Shown: piece after piece, positions 26,389-38,603 of the stretch | Layout of the letters: each line of letters starts with the position of its first letter | Position numbering within the stretch: position 1 is the first letter of the stretch | NCBI GenBank assembly: GCA_050506795.1 | Contig: JBJHCF010000003.1 | Coordinates: 1 to 64,000 of the forward strand | Reading direction: 5' to 3' | Source: Opitutia bacterium | Lineage (GTDB): Bacteria; Verrucomicrobiota; Verrucomicrobiia; Opitutales; T3Sed10-336 | DNA length: 64,000 nt | Notes under the pieces: generated by a model | Seen by the model: only the letters and a program-made list of their open reading frames with translations | The model's database searches: none | Told to the model about the DNA's origin: nothing | Translations under genes and position numbers: made by a program

Positions 26389-28488
26389 ATGAATATAACT
26401 TTCCCCGGCCCGGCAGCCGTCGCGCTGTTTGCGTTCGCCCTTCTGGCGACGCCTCCTGCCGCCCTTGCGTCGACGGAAGCCGAAGAGGGCGTGGGTCCGG
26501 CCTTTCCGATTAGAACGGAAATTGAAATATTGGTCGAAGACGCGGAGAATCTTCTGGCCAAAGTCACCCTCACCTTTCCCGATACCGGTTACGAAGTAAC
26601 CGACTGGGGGCAGGTTGTGCGCGACATCGACCGGATTTATGTCTCGGTTGAGGCCGTCCGGGCCCGGGAGAATGTTTGGCCCATGGAAACGGCTTTTTCC
26701 CACGAATACTCCTTCGCTCAACTTGATCCCGGCGAATTCACCTTCGAGGTCTTGTCCCGCGGCGAGCGCCTTGCGGCGGAGGTGTTCGAGGTTGGTATCG
26801 AGGACATGCCAACGGCATTCCCTCACCGGACCGACATCGAAATCCACCAGAACGACACGCCCCGCGTCAGAGCCGCAGTCGGACTAACGTTTCCGCATAC
26901 GGGTTACATGGTGGTCGATTGGGGAAACGTCGAGCGTGACGGCAGCCGGGTTTATGTCTCGGTCGAGGCTATCCGGATTGGGAGCTGGTCCTTTCATATG
27001 ATAACAACCCTGTCCCACGAATACGCCTTCGGCATCACCGTGCCGGGCGAATATACCTTCGAGGTCTGGTCGCACGGGGAGCTTCTCGGGACGGAATCGT
27101 TTGTTGTCGAGCCGTTCGTCCCGCCACCGGAATTCCCCGCCAGCGCAAAAGTGCAGTTTCTCCGGGACGAAGCCCTGGGCGCGATCGCCGAAGTCACAGT
27201 CTCCTTCCATGAGAGTGGCTGGATTGTCCGGGATTGGGGCAGAGTGCTGCGCCGGGGGGGACCCGCGCGCAGTGGCCATTTGTGGTTGATTTACGCCACA
27301 ATCGACCGGTTGGATGACGCCGAACTGGAAAGCCTCTCATTCGACCGCCGCCATATCGTTGAGTCTCGCCACCGGTATGTCCTTGGCGATATCGAGGAGA
27401 GTGGAGAGCATTACCTGCAATTCTTCGTCAATGACCTCGAGCTCGCCAGAGCGACGTTTGTCATCGGCACGACACCCTCCGGCGACAAGGGCCTTGAGGT
27501 GACCGAGCATCCCCTCTTCGGCCTGCGGTCGTTCGAGATTATCAGGGAGGATGACGAACTGATGGGCAGATTGGGAGTGGTGCTGGGGAACAGCAATGAG
27601 GTCATCACCGATTGGGGAGAGCTCCAGAAGGACGGACGGCACCTTTGGGTCGATGTCAAGGCGGAGTATGCCGCCGAGGTCGGCGCCACGGTGATCCGGA
27701 CCGAGTTTCACGATTATCCGATCGACGAGCTGCCTCCGGGCGATTACACGTTCACGCTTTACTCGCGAGGCCAGCAGATCGGCACCATTCGACATTCCCA
27801 GCCGCAACCGGGCAGTCCGGCTGTCGAGCTGACGATTCGGAACGAAGAGGGTGACTATTTTGCCGACTTGGCCTTTGATCCGGGAGAGAGTGGCTGGGGC
27901 GTCGCGCAGTGGAGCCGCTTGCGCCTTGCAACCCATACCTTTTCCGCCGAGGCCGAGATTGACGAGACCGCGGGAGTTGATGCCATCCAGCGTCACAGCT
28001 ATCGCCTCGGCGCTCTGCACCCGGGGCACTACCGCTTCGCGATCCTGGGCTCCAACGGCTTCGTCAGCCACCACAATTTACGTATCGGAGAAACCGATAC
28101 GACGGTCGATCCATTCGACCAATGGCAGAGAGCCCGGCAGGCGATTGCGGGCGAGGAAACCGAGGGAAGCCTGCTCGAATACGCATTTGCCCTTGATCCC
28201 AACGAAAACCCGGCCAGTCCGGTGCGCATCATTCGGCGGAACGGCAGCAATGGCGGCACACGGTTCGCCGTCATCTATCGCGAACCGACTACAGCCGCCG
28301 ATCTCAAATACGTGGTTGAGGCCTCCCGGGATCTCTTGGAGTGGAAGGATATTACCGCTCAGACGTTGGTACGCCAGACCACGATCGCGCCTGACGGAAC
28401 GCCGGTGCGCGAACTGGAGCTGCCGGAGGACGACCACCCGAATCGTTTCCTGCGGGTGCGCGCGATCCGCTCGCCCCGGGAACAGTAA
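26389..28488 (+). CDS. Secreted protein with about five tandem ~100-aa beta-rich repeats and C-terminal RFLRVR domain
   Basis: Signal peptide; repeated V.LTFP.TGY.V.DWG.V.R....YV.VEA...H.Y....PG.YTF.V.S.G; ends RFLRVRAIRSPREQ. Confidence 0.8.
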   Translation: MNITFPGPAAVALFAFALLATPPAALASTEAEEGVGPAFPIRTEIEILVEDAENLLAKVTLTFPDTGYEVTDWGQVVRDIDRIYVSVEAVRARENVWPMETAFSHEYSFAQLDPGEFTFEVLSRGERLAAEVFEVGIEDMPTAFPHRTDIEIHQNDTPRVRAAVGLTFPHTGYMVVDWGNVERDGSRVYVSVEAIRIGSWSFHMITTLSHEYAFGITVPGEYTFEVWSHGELLGTESFVVEPFVPPPEFPASAKVQFLRDEALGAIAEVTVSFHESGWIVRDWGRVLRRGGPARSGHLWLIYATIDRLDDAELESLSFDRRHIVESRHRYVLGDIEESGEHYLQFFVNDLELARATFVIGTTPSGDKGLEVTEHPLFGLRSFEIIREDDELMGRLGVVLGNSNEVITDWGELQKDGRHLWVDVKAEYAAEVGATVIRTEFHDYPIDELPPGDYTFTLYSRGQQIGTIRHSQPQPGSPAVELTIRNEEGDYFADLAFDPGESGWGVAQWSRLRLATHTFSAEAEIDETAGVDAIQRHSYRLGALHPGHYRFAILGSNGFVSHHNLRIGETDTTVDPFDQWQRARQAIAGEETEGSLLEYAFALDPNENPASPVRIIRRNGSNGGTRFAVIYREPTTAADLKYVVEASRDLLEWKDITAQTLVRQTTIAPDGTPVRELELPEDDHPNRFLRVRAIRSPREQ

Positions 28489-28769
28489 GCAATATTGAGC
28501 TCGCCGACGTCCGGGCGCCACAACGGGAGGGGAACTACGATCACGCGGATCCGCGCGAATCTTTTTTTGGAGGCGAAGCTGAGCGGGGGTTAAGGATAAA
28601 TAGCCCAAACCAACATACGGGTCAGGTGGCGGATGATCCATGCGGGCTGGTATTTGTCGAAATCAGCAAGGCCACGGGGAGGCAGCAGGTTGAATTTAAA
28701 AGAATTGGATTTTGGAGTGGAACAGAGATGTATACTTATATATAAAAACGATAAAATCCTAATTCGACC

Positions 28770-30044
28770 ATGCACCACACCCGCAGATCCTTCATTATTC
28801 GCACGGCCGCTCTCGCCGGTCTCTCCGTCATCCTGCCGTCGCGCGCCTTCGGTGAGATCAGGCGCACCGCGGCAAACGACCGTATCACCGTTGCCGGCAT
28901 CGGCCTTGGCCCGCGCGGACGGATTTTGTTACACGATTTCCTCGAGCAGCCCGACGTCCAATTTGTCGCAATCGCTGATGTCCAGGCTGTCAATCGCGAA
29001 ATTATTCGCCGTTACGTGAACCGCCACTACGGCAATGAAGATTGTGCGACCTACACCGACATGCAGGAACTCCTCGCCCGGCCCGACATTGATGCCGTCG
29101 TCATCGCCACTGGCGACCGCTGGCACGGCACCGCCTCGATCTACGCCGCCCGCGCCGGCAAGGACATCTTTTGCGAAAAACCCTGCTCAATGAGCATAGT
29201 GGAGAGCCAGCAGCTCGATTCCGAGGTGAAAAAAGCCGGGCGTATCTACCAGGGGGGAATGCAGCGCCGCAATGTCGACAATTTCGAAGTCGCCGTCGAT
29301 CTCGCGCGATCCGGGAGACTCGGGAAACTCCACACCCTCCACGCCGGCATCTTGCTGCCGCAGCCTGCCAGGCCCGACCTTCCCGGCGAACCCGAACCCG
29401 AGCCCGACGTCGTTGATTGGAACGGCTGGCTTGGACCCGCCCGGCACCGTCCCTACAACCAGGAATACGTCCGCGGGGATTGGCGCCACCGCGAGGGACT
29501 TTACGCCGGATGGGGTCTGCACGAATGGGCTTCGCACACCGTGAACCTCTGCCAATGGGCCGCCGATGCCGACGACTCCGGACCCGTCGAGTTTTGGAAC
29601 GAAGACGACCAACTCTGCGCCCGCTACGCCAATGGCGTAAAGCTTGTGATGCGCCTCGCCGGCTTCAGAGACGAGGGCGACTGGCTGGGCCTGGGCACCT
29701 GCCCCGTCCGTTTCGAGGGCGAGAACGGGTGGGTCGAAGCGGGCGACCGCGGAAGGCTTGCCCTCAGTGAATCGTCCCTTCTTCCGGGAGATATGCCGCC
29801 TGTAATGAGCGGCACCGATGCCTCGCGGCACATCCGCGAGTTTCTGGATGCGGTAAAATCCCGCGGCGACACCGCCTGCAATTCCACCATTACACGTCAC
29901 AGTGAGAACGCCTGTCACGCTGCCGCCATCAGTTGGAAACTCGGACGCAAACTCACGTTCGATCCCGCGACCGAAAGCTTCCCGGGCGACGCCGAAGCCA
30001 ACGCCCTCCGCTCCCACACCCGCCGCGAGCCGTTTACAATTTGA
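28770..30044 (+). CDS. Gfo/Idh/MocA family oxidoreductase, Tat-exported
   Basis: TRRSFI twin-arginine leader; GIGLGPRG; DAVVIATGDRWH; DIFCEKP; QGGMQRR. Confidence 0.93.
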   Translation: MHHTRRSFIIRTAALAGLSVILPSRAFGEIRRTAANDRITVAGIGLGPRGRILLHDFLEQPDVQFVAIADVQAVNREIIRRYVNRHYGNEDCATYTDMQELLARPDIDAVVIATGDRWHGTASIYAARAGKDIFCEKPCSMSIVESQQLDSEVKKAGRIYQGGMQRRNVDNFEVAVDLARSGRLGKLHTLHAGILLPQPARPDLPGEPEPEPDVVDWNGWLGPARHRPYNQEYVRGDWRHREGLYAGWGLHEWASHTVNLCQWAADADDSGPVEFWNEDDQLCARYANGVKLVMRLAGFRDEGDWLGLGTCPVRFEGENGWVEAGDRGRLALSESSLLPGDMPPVMSGTDASRHIREFLDAVKSRGDTACNSTITRHSENACHAAAISWKLGRKLTFDPATESFPGDAEANALRSHTRREPFTI

Positions 30045-30317
30045 GGACAGGCCGCGTTCTCTTGAAATCTTAACCCTTTCTTCGAGGGTGTTTGCGCTTC
30101 GATCCGCAATAGCATTCCGGATTTGCGGGTCTGGACCGTGTGATGCGTTTAACGGATACTTGCGTCCGGCATTAATGGAGCTAATACCGGAGGCCAATAG
30201 GAAATCTTTGTTTTGATGTGAGGAAGGAACAGGTTACTGTTGCCCAGTCTTTTCCGATTCTGGTTTGGGTAAAAGGGATTGCCTGCGCGATTCGGGAAGT
30301 TACACACTGATTTTTCC

Positions 30318-31007
30318 ATGCAAAATTTCGCTCGATTGTTCCGTTCCTCTCTGGGGAAGAAATATGTGATGGCCGTTAGTGGATTGATTCTGCTGCTGTT
30401 TGTGATCGGCCACTTGATCGGCAATTTGCAGATTTTCGCGCATCCCGACGTGATCAACGCCTACGCGCACTTTCTCCAGAACATGGGACCGGGGCTCTGG
30501 GCGGTGCGGTTGATTTTGCTGATCACCGTGGTGGCGCACATTTGGGCGGCGGTGGAGCTCACCCTTGAAAACAAACGGGCTCGTCCCGAGACCTACCGCG
30601 AGGATGACACCATTCAGGCCAGCTACGCCTCCCGCACCATGCGGATCAGCGGATTCATCGTGCTGGCGTTCCTGATCTTCCACTTGGCCCACTATACGCT
30701 GCAGGTCGTCGACACTGAATACCAGGAAATGTACACCACCCTGGCCGACGGAACGGAGGTCCACGATGTCCATGCGATGATGGTGAAAGGATTCCAGAGC
30801 GTTTGGATTTCCCTTTTCTACCTGATCGGAGTCGGCTTGTTGAGCTGGCACCTGCGTCACGGATTCGCCAGCATGTTCCAGTCGATCGGCCTGCGCAACG
30901 CGGCCATCGCACAGCCGCTGGAGAAAACGGCGATCGGGTTCGCCATCCTTTATTTTCTCGGCAATGCCTTGATCCCCATCGCCGTCCTGGCCGGATGGGT
31001 ATCCTAA
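30318..31007 (+). CDS. sdhC: Succinate dehydrogenase/fumarate reductase cytochrome b subunit (b558 family)
   Basis: SSLGKKYVMAVSG, HLIGNL, FHLAH, WHLRHG..SMFQS; five TMs; upstream of sdhA. Confidence 0.93.
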   Translation: MQNFARLFRSSLGKKYVMAVSGLILLLFVIGHLIGNLQIFAHPDVINAYAHFLQNMGPGLWAVRLILLITVVAHIWAAVELTLENKRARPETYREDDTIQASYASRTMRISGFIVLAFLIFHLAHYTLQVVDTEYQEMYTTLADGTEVHDVHAMMVKGFQSVWISLFYLIGVGLLSWHLRHGFASMFQSIGLRNAAIAQPLEKTAIGFAILYFLGNALIPIAVLAGWVS

Positions 31008-31044
31008 TTGACCCCGGATAACGTTTCTTCCACCGCGACTTTCC

Positions 31045-32957
<1,913 letters not shown>

Positions 32958-32958
<1 letters not shown>

Positions 32959-33716
32959 TGGATCTGAAACTCAGAGTCTGGAGACAGAAGAACCGGGACG
33001 CCGAGGGCGGTCTCGTCGAGTATGACGCGAAGGATATCGATCCGGAAATGTCCTTTCTGGAGATGCTCGACGTCATCAACGAACGCCTGGTGGCCGCCGG
33101 CGACGAACCGATCGCCTTCGATCACGACTGCCGCGAAGGCATTTGCGGCGCCTGTTCTGCGACAATCAACGGCATTCCCCACGGTCCCCAGCGGGCTACC
33201 ACGGTCTGCCAGTTGCACATGCGGCATTTTAAGGACGGCGATGTGCTGACCATCGAACCCTTCCGCGCCAAAGCATTTCCCGTGGTTCGCGACCTGGTGG
33301 TTGACCGGAGCGCTTTTGACCGCATCATCGAAGCCGGTGGATTTGTATCGGTTCGCACGGGCAGCGCCCCTGAAGCCAACACCCTCCTGGTGCCCAAGCA
33401 GGATGCCGACTGGGCCATGGATGCCGCGTCCTGTATTGGCTGCGGTGCTTGTGTGGCCGCCTGCAAGAATGCCTCTGCCATGCTCTTTGTCGCCGCCAAG
33501 GCCGGCCACCTGAACACTCTCCCGCAAGGCAAACCGGAAAAGGACCGGCGCGTACTCAACATGGTCGCCGCCATGGACGAAGCCGGGTTTGGCAACTGCA
33601 CCAATCAATACGAGTGCTCCGCCGTTTGCCCGAAGTCCATCAGCGAAGATTTCATCGCCCAACTCAATCGCGACTACCTGAAAGCTTCGTTGAAGAAGTG
33701 CCTCACCCGAGGTTGA
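32958..33716 (+). CDS. sdhB: Succinate dehydrogenase/fumarate reductase iron-sulfur subunit
   Basis: [33 protein letters not shown]. Confidence 0.96.
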
Positions 33717-33825
33717 GCGACAAGGCGGTCCGGGCCTGGAGACCTACTACACCGGAGAGAGCGTAGCGCGCTGGCGGACGCGGCCACCGGGCAAAGGCTT
33801 GGTGCTTCGGTGGGAGATAATGTTG

Positions 33826-33862
33826 AAAAGCGAGGGGTCGTACTGAACGCCCTTCGCTTTTT
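33826..33862. terminator. Likely bidirectional intrinsic terminator
   Basis: AAAAGCGAGGGG...CCCTTCGCTTTTT between convergent sdhB and the DUF1080 gene. Confidence 0.7.
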
Positions 33863-33885
33863 CGTGGATTCGTGCCGGAGGCCGG

Positions 33886-35742
33886 TCAGTCTTCGGCCGC
33901 GGTACCGAGGAGCTCTACCAGAGCGATCTGCATGGAGCCGCCGCCTCGGACGCTCGGGAAGATGACCTGGTAGTGACGGAAAGCCCGGTCGTTTTCGAAT
34001 CCGGCGGCCCAGGTGGCGTGACGGCCGGGAAAGGCGTCGACGGATCCGCCGGCTATTTCATGCCAATTCTCTCCGTCATTGGAACCATGGATCCGGTAAG
34101 CGGACGGATCCCGTTCGGGGGCGTCGTTGGCGCTGGTGAGACGAATGGCCTCGACGACGGCGGGCCGGGAAAGGGTGACCTGGAACCCGGTGGGTTCGGA
34201 ACCGCCGTCAAAATGCAGGTACTTGGTGTTGGTGTCGCCGTCGATGGCGTTGGCGACTCCCTCGTTCCCGGGAGAGTTCTCATGCGGGATGGCAATGATT
34301 TCGTCCGAGGGGTCGGTTACCACGTTCGAGCGGGGATCCGGTTCGAACGGCGGCACCCCTGGGCCCTCATAGCCAAGCGCCGGGTTGCCGTTGTCGTAGA
34401 GTTTGTCCACGGACCACAGGAGACCGCGGGCGACGAAGTCCTGGAAAACCCGATGTTCCATGGTTTCGTTATGGTGTCCAATCGTGGTGCCGAAAACCCG
34501 CACGCCTTCGTACTCGTTGGTCCAGATTACGGTGTGATAACGATCGGTATCCTGGCCGTAGGCGTGGGCGAGGGGGGTGGCGTTGGCGTAGACCTCGGCG
34601 ATCTCGTAAAGCTCTCCCCGCGGAGTCTGCCAACCATCCTCGGGGAAGCCTTTCATTATCGGGTGTTCCGGTTCGAGCGGTTCAACAAAGAACGGACGGT
34701 GCGCTTCGTGACGGTGACTGCGCACTCCGCCGAATTCGAACCAGCGGGTGGTTTGGGTGCGGAAGCTGTGAATGGCGCAGTGCAGGAAAACCGCTGGCAC
34801 CCCGAGATCAACGTGCATTTCGACGATATCTTCGATCGGTCCGGGGCCGGGGGTGCCGGTAATGCAGAAGTTGTAAACGACCACGTCGAAACCTTCCATC
34901 CAGTTCTCCTGATTGAAGCGCTCGGGCCAATGATCCGAGTTGGTTCCGGCATCGTGTTCGATGGTCCAGTCGATCCGTGTCCGGTAACCCAGGCCCTCGG
35001 TCACGATAGCCTCCTGGGCCGCGTAATCATGCCAGCCGCCGCCGGTCACGTAAAGGGCGCGGATTGGTTCGGGACGGGTTACTTCCCGCAGTTCGATATT
35101 GCGGTAATGGATGACCGAATCCGGGTCGTGGGCCTGAAGCGCGACGGTTCCGCTGGAGAAACGGCGCGGACCGGTGACGCCTTCCGGTTCGGTGAAATCC
35201 ATGACCTGTTCACCGTCGACATTCACGATGATGCGATTGCCGATTACTTTGAAGTGAAGATGAAACCATTCTTCATCGACGTGCGGTGCGTCGTCGAGAA
35301 TGTTGGCCACCGCGTAAATGGATCCGGTTTTGATGCGGTCGCCATGGGTGGCGTTGACCTGAACCTCGTGACCGTGACGCGGCCAGCCCGTTTCCTGGTA
35401 TTGGGTGTGGAAAAAGACTCCGGAGTTGGCGCGATAAAAGGTCTTTATATCCATCCGCATCTCGAAATCGGTGAAATTGGCGCCGCCCACTTCTCCTTCG
35501 TAAAAGAGATGCGCCCGGGGGCCGTCGACGATAATTATTCCGTCCTCCACGGAAAAGGAGTCGGGATTTTCGGACGCCCGCCAGCCGTCGAGGGTTTCTC
35601 CGTCGAAGAGGGATACCCATCCGTCGTTGTCGTCGGCATTAAGGGTCACCGCCATCAGTCCGGCCAGGGCCGAAATCAAGGCGAAGCGGAAAAAGCTGGA
35701 TCCAGTTAGGATTCTGAAGGGTGTTCTCGTGGTTTTGTTCAT
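33886..35742 (-). CDS. Secreted DUF1080 (3-keto-disaccharide hydrolase-like) plus ThuA-like plus F5/8-type C (discoidin/CBM32-like) protein
   Basis: GWVSLFDGETLDGW, ANSGVFFHT, LQAHDP; YVTGGGWHDY, HPIMKG, FGTTIGHHNE; NAIDGDTNTKY, TSANDAPERDP. Confidence 0.88.
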   Translation of the reverse strand: MNKTTRTPFRILTGSSFFRFALISALAGLMAVTLNADDNDGWVSLFDGETLDGWRASENPDSFSVEDGIIIVDGPRAHLFYEGEVGGANFTDFEMRMDIKTFYRANSGVFFHTQYQETGWPRHGHEVQVNATHGDRIKTGSIYAVANILDDAPHVDEEWFHLHFKVIGNRIIVNVDGEQVMDFTEPEGVTGPRRFSSGTVALQAHDPDSVIHYRNIELREVTRPEPIRALYVTGGGWHDYAAQEAIVTEGLGYRTRIDWTIEHDAGTNSDHWPERFNQENWMEGFDVVVYNFCITGTPGPGPIEDIVEMHVDLGVPAVFLHCAIHSFRTQTTRWFEFGGVRSHRHEAHRPFFVEPLEPEHPIMKGFPEDGWQTPRGELYEIAEVYANATPLAHAYGQDTDRYHTVIWTNEYEGVRVFGTTIGHHNETMEHRVFQDFVARGLLWSVDKLYDNGNPALGYEGPGVPPFEPDPRSNVVTDPSDEIIAIPHENSPGNEGVANAIDGDTNTKYLHFDGGSEPTGFQVTLSRPAVVEAIRLTSANDAPERDPSAYRIHGSNDGENWHEIAGGSVDAFPGRHATWAAGFENDRAFRHYQVIFPSVRGGGSMQIALVELLGTAAED

Positions 35743-35974
35743 GGTCTTTATGGCAGTTCGGCTTTTTGTTGATGATTATTGAAGTCGATAATCGGCATTG
35801 GTCCCGCTGGTCGAAGCTAATTCGTAACGCCGTGAATAGGTCGCGGAGCAGGGCGAATTCGCGGTCGGGCGCCATGTTCTTTCGGTGTGAACGGAGATTG
35901 GGAGAATTCTATACATCATGCAAGGGAAACCGGTTTTTTCAAGCGGGGAGGACGGGAAACGGGAAGGGGGAGAG

Positions 35975-36050
35975 GGCTTTTTTATATGGCCTCTGGAGGC
36001 TTCAAAAAAAGCATTTCAGATCGAAAATTTGAAATTTGAGATTCTTCGCT
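35975..36050 (-). repeat. AT-rich ~80-bp dispersed repeat (copy 2, inverted)
   Basis: Reverse complement AATCTCAAATTTCAAATTTTCGATCTGAAATGCTTTTTT...GCCT-CCAG-AGGC...AAAAAAGCC matches 26140-26218. Confidence 0.85.
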
Positions 36051-36251
36051 TCGGAACGCGGATCAAAGCTCGCCGATTTAAAGACCGTGGGAAGGGGGGA
36101 GTGGTGTGGAATCTCATTTCGATGGCGACGGTAGTCGAAGTACGCCTGGTATCTTTCACCTGATTTATATAGAGATTTTCACGAAGGACCTTGGATGGCG
36201 GCGGTTCTGTCGCTTGACCTTTCCCCTCGCTTCGATAGGGTTTTGGGCATT

Positions 36252-37841
36252 ATGTCTTACCCGCAATCGAGTATTAGTTCAGGAGTTGCCGGAATCCGAT
36301 GGATCCTGGGCGTGTTGTTATTGTGTTCGGCGACCCCGACGATGGGCGAAGCCCCTTTTCGTGCCATTTTTAACGGCGAGGATTTGACCGGCTGGGACGG
36401 CGATGAACGTTACTGGAGTGTTGAGGACGGCGTGATCGTGGGGGCGGCGGAAGCCGGAGCCTTGGATCGCAACACTTTCCTCATATGGAACCAGGGTGAA
36501 GTGGATGACTTCGAATTGCGCTTCCGCTACCGCATCACGAGCGACTGGGCGAACTCCGGGGTGCAGGTGCGTTCGGAGAGACTGGAAGACTATGTGGTGG
36601 CCGGATATCAGCCGGACATTGCCACCGAAGATTGGATCACGGGCATTCACTATGAGGAACGAGGTAGGGGGATTCTCGCCAGGAGGGGAGAACGTACGGT
36701 TATCGACGCGGATGGCGAGCGTACGACCAGCCGCTTCGCTTCTGAAGAGGAATTGTACCGCGAGATTCGTCCGCGCGACTGGAACGAGTATCACGTCGTG
36801 GCCCGCGGCAATCGGATCACGACCCGGATTAACGGAGTCCGCATGCACGAGGTCGAAGACCATTCGCCCGAAGCCCGTCGCAGTGGCGTGATTGCCTTCC
36901 AGCTGCATACGGGGCCGGCGATGCGAATTGAGTTTTCGGACGTGGAGCTACGAAGGCTGCCGACGGAAGGGCGTCGTAAAGTGGTGTTCTGGGCCGGACC
37001 GCGGAGTCACGGTTTCGGTCACCACGAGCACAGGGCGGGCAGCCTGCTGTTGGCCGAAATGTTGAATCGGCATTTTGGCGACGAGATTATCGCCACAGTG
37101 TACAGCAACGGTCGTCCGGCGGATCCCACCGCGTTCGACAACGCCAATGCACTGGTGATGTTTAGTAACGGCGGCGGCGGGCATCCGGTGCGACCCCACC
37201 TGGAGGAGATCGATGCCCTGGCCGAAAGCGGAGTTGGAATTGGCGCCATTCATTACGCGGTGGAGCCGCATCCCGATGATTCCGACTATTTCGAGCGCTG
37301 GCTCGGCGGGTATTTTCGTATCCACTGGTCGGTAAATCCGCATTGGACCGCGAACATTGAAACCCTGCCGGAGGACCCGCTTACCCGCGGGGTGCGGCCG
37401 TTCAGTCTTTACGACGAGTGGTATTATCACATGGCCTTTCGCGATGAAATGGAAGGTGTGGTTCCCATACTCAGCGCCTTGCCGCCGGAAGAATCGCTCA
37501 ATCGCCCCGACGGACCTCACAGTAATAATCCGCATGTCCGGGAGGCTGTGCTGGAGCGCGGGGAAGCTCAGCACTTGATGTGGCGTTCCGAACGGCCCGG
37601 CGGCAAACGCGGTTTCGGGATCACCGGCGCTCACTACCACTGGAACTGGGCCCAGGACGACTTCCGCACCGCGGTGCTCAATGCCATCGTGTGGATTGCC
37701 GGGGCGGAGGTGCCGGAAGACGGTGTGCCGTCGCACACGCCCACTCTGGAGGAATTACTGGAAAACCAGGCCTACGACATGCCGGAGAATTTCGATCGCG
37801 GACAGATCCAGCAGCAACTCGACGCCTGGCGGGAGCGCTGA
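36252..37841 (+). CDS. Secreted DUF1080 plus ThuA-like domain protein
   Basis: IFNGEDLTGWDGD..YWSVEDG, NSGVQVRS, GYQPDI, FQLHTGP; AGPRSHG.G.HEHRAG, HYAVE, DEWYYHM, TGAHYHWNW. Confidence 0.88.
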   Translation: MSYPQSSISSGVAGIRWILGVLLLCSATPTMGEAPFRAIFNGEDLTGWDGDERYWSVEDGVIVGAAEAGALDRNTFLIWNQGEVDDFELRFRYRITSDWANSGVQVRSERLEDYVVAGYQPDIATEDWITGIHYEERGRGILARRGERTVIDADGERTTSRFASEEELYREIRPRDWNEYHVVARGNRITTRINGVRMHEVEDHSPEARRSGVIAFQLHTGPAMRIEFSDVELRRLPTEGRRKVVFWAGPRSHGFGHHEHRAGSLLLAEMLNRHFGDEIIATVYSNGRPADPTAFDNANALVMFSNGGGGHPVRPHLEEIDALAESGVGIGAIHYAVEPHPDDSDYFERWLGGYFRIHWSVNPHWTANIETLPEDPLTRGVRPFSLYDEWYYHMAFRDEMEGVVPILSALPPEESLNRPDGPHSNNPHVREAVLERGEAQHLMWRSERPGGKRGFGITGAHYHWNWAQDDFRTAVLNAIVWIAGAEVPEDGVPSHTPTLEELLENQAYDMPENFDRGQIQQQLDAWRER

Positions 37842-37851
37842 GGAATTCGGC

Positions 37852-38427
37852 TCAGGTTTTTTTCAGCTTATATTCGGCGGCCCGGTGGTGAACCGGGCCG
37901 CCGGTTTGCAGGTAGCTCACCCAGAGGGAAAAAGCGTCCACGCGAAAGGGGCCTCCGGTGTAATCACGGTGCCGCTTGAGGAAGTCGTTGGCGGATCCGC
38001 CGGCGGCGGGATTGATGCGGGCCAGGGTGATGTGCGGATGAAATCGCCGGGTTTCCGGCTCCAATCCGGCGGCGATGACCGCTTCTTCCACCTTGCCCTG
38101 TAATTGGAATAATCGAGGGTGCCCGGAACCAACACCGGCCCAGAAAACGCGGGGGTTTCCGCGCGGAGGAAACCGGCCGACGCCTGCTGGGGTAAGGAGA
38201 AACGGTTCGACCGCGATGCGTGCGAGACCTTCGGCCAGACGCCGGACGATTTCGGAATCGGCGCCGCCGATGTAACGGAGCGTCAGGTGCATCTGTTGGC
38301 GCGGCGTCCAGCGGATCCCGGATGACTCGATTTGGAGCGATGCCAGATCGTCTTTGATCGCGTCGGGGAGAGTCACGGCGACAAACCAACGCCCTCCCGG
38401 AGAAAACAACGACTCGTCGATCTCCAT
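37852..38427 (-). CDS. thpR: RNA 2',3'-cyclic phosphodiesterase (2H phosphoesterase)
   Basis: Two HxT motifs (MHLTLRYIG, FHPHITLAR); FPPRGNPRVFWAGV. Confidence 0.92.
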   Translation of the reverse strand: MEIDESLFSPGGRWFVAVTLPDAIKDDLASLQIESSGIRWTPRQQMHLTLRYIGGADSEIVRRLAEGLARIAVEPFLLTPAGVGRFPPRGNPRVFWAGVGSGHPRLFQLQGKVEEAVIAAGLEPETRRFHPHITLARINPAAGGSANDFLKRHRDYTGGPFRVDAFSLWVSYLQTGGPVHHRAAEYKLKKT

Positions 38428-38520
38428 ATTCCACGACTACCGAGATTCCGGACGAAAATCAATATTCCTGATTCCGGTTATCTCCGTTCGAACGGCGGAT
38501 AAAATCGGCCGAACCGCACA

Positions 38521-38557
38521 AAAAAAGAGCGCGGCATTAAAGCCGCGCCCGTTTTTT
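38521..38557. terminator. Intrinsic terminator downstream of the oxidoreductase gene
   Basis: AAAAAAGAGCGCGGC-ATTAAA-GCCGCGCCCGTTTTTT hairpin with A and T tracts. Confidence 0.75.
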
Positions 38558-38603
38558 GAATTAGGCGACAGGGTAGGTCGCCTCAATCCATTGACGTTTG
38601 AAA

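Noticed and set aside
28530..28570. Short 9-nt-like repeats (CACGCGGAT CCGCGCGAAT) followed by a T tract
   Set aside because: Too short and degenerate to call; may be a weak terminator or a repeat half.
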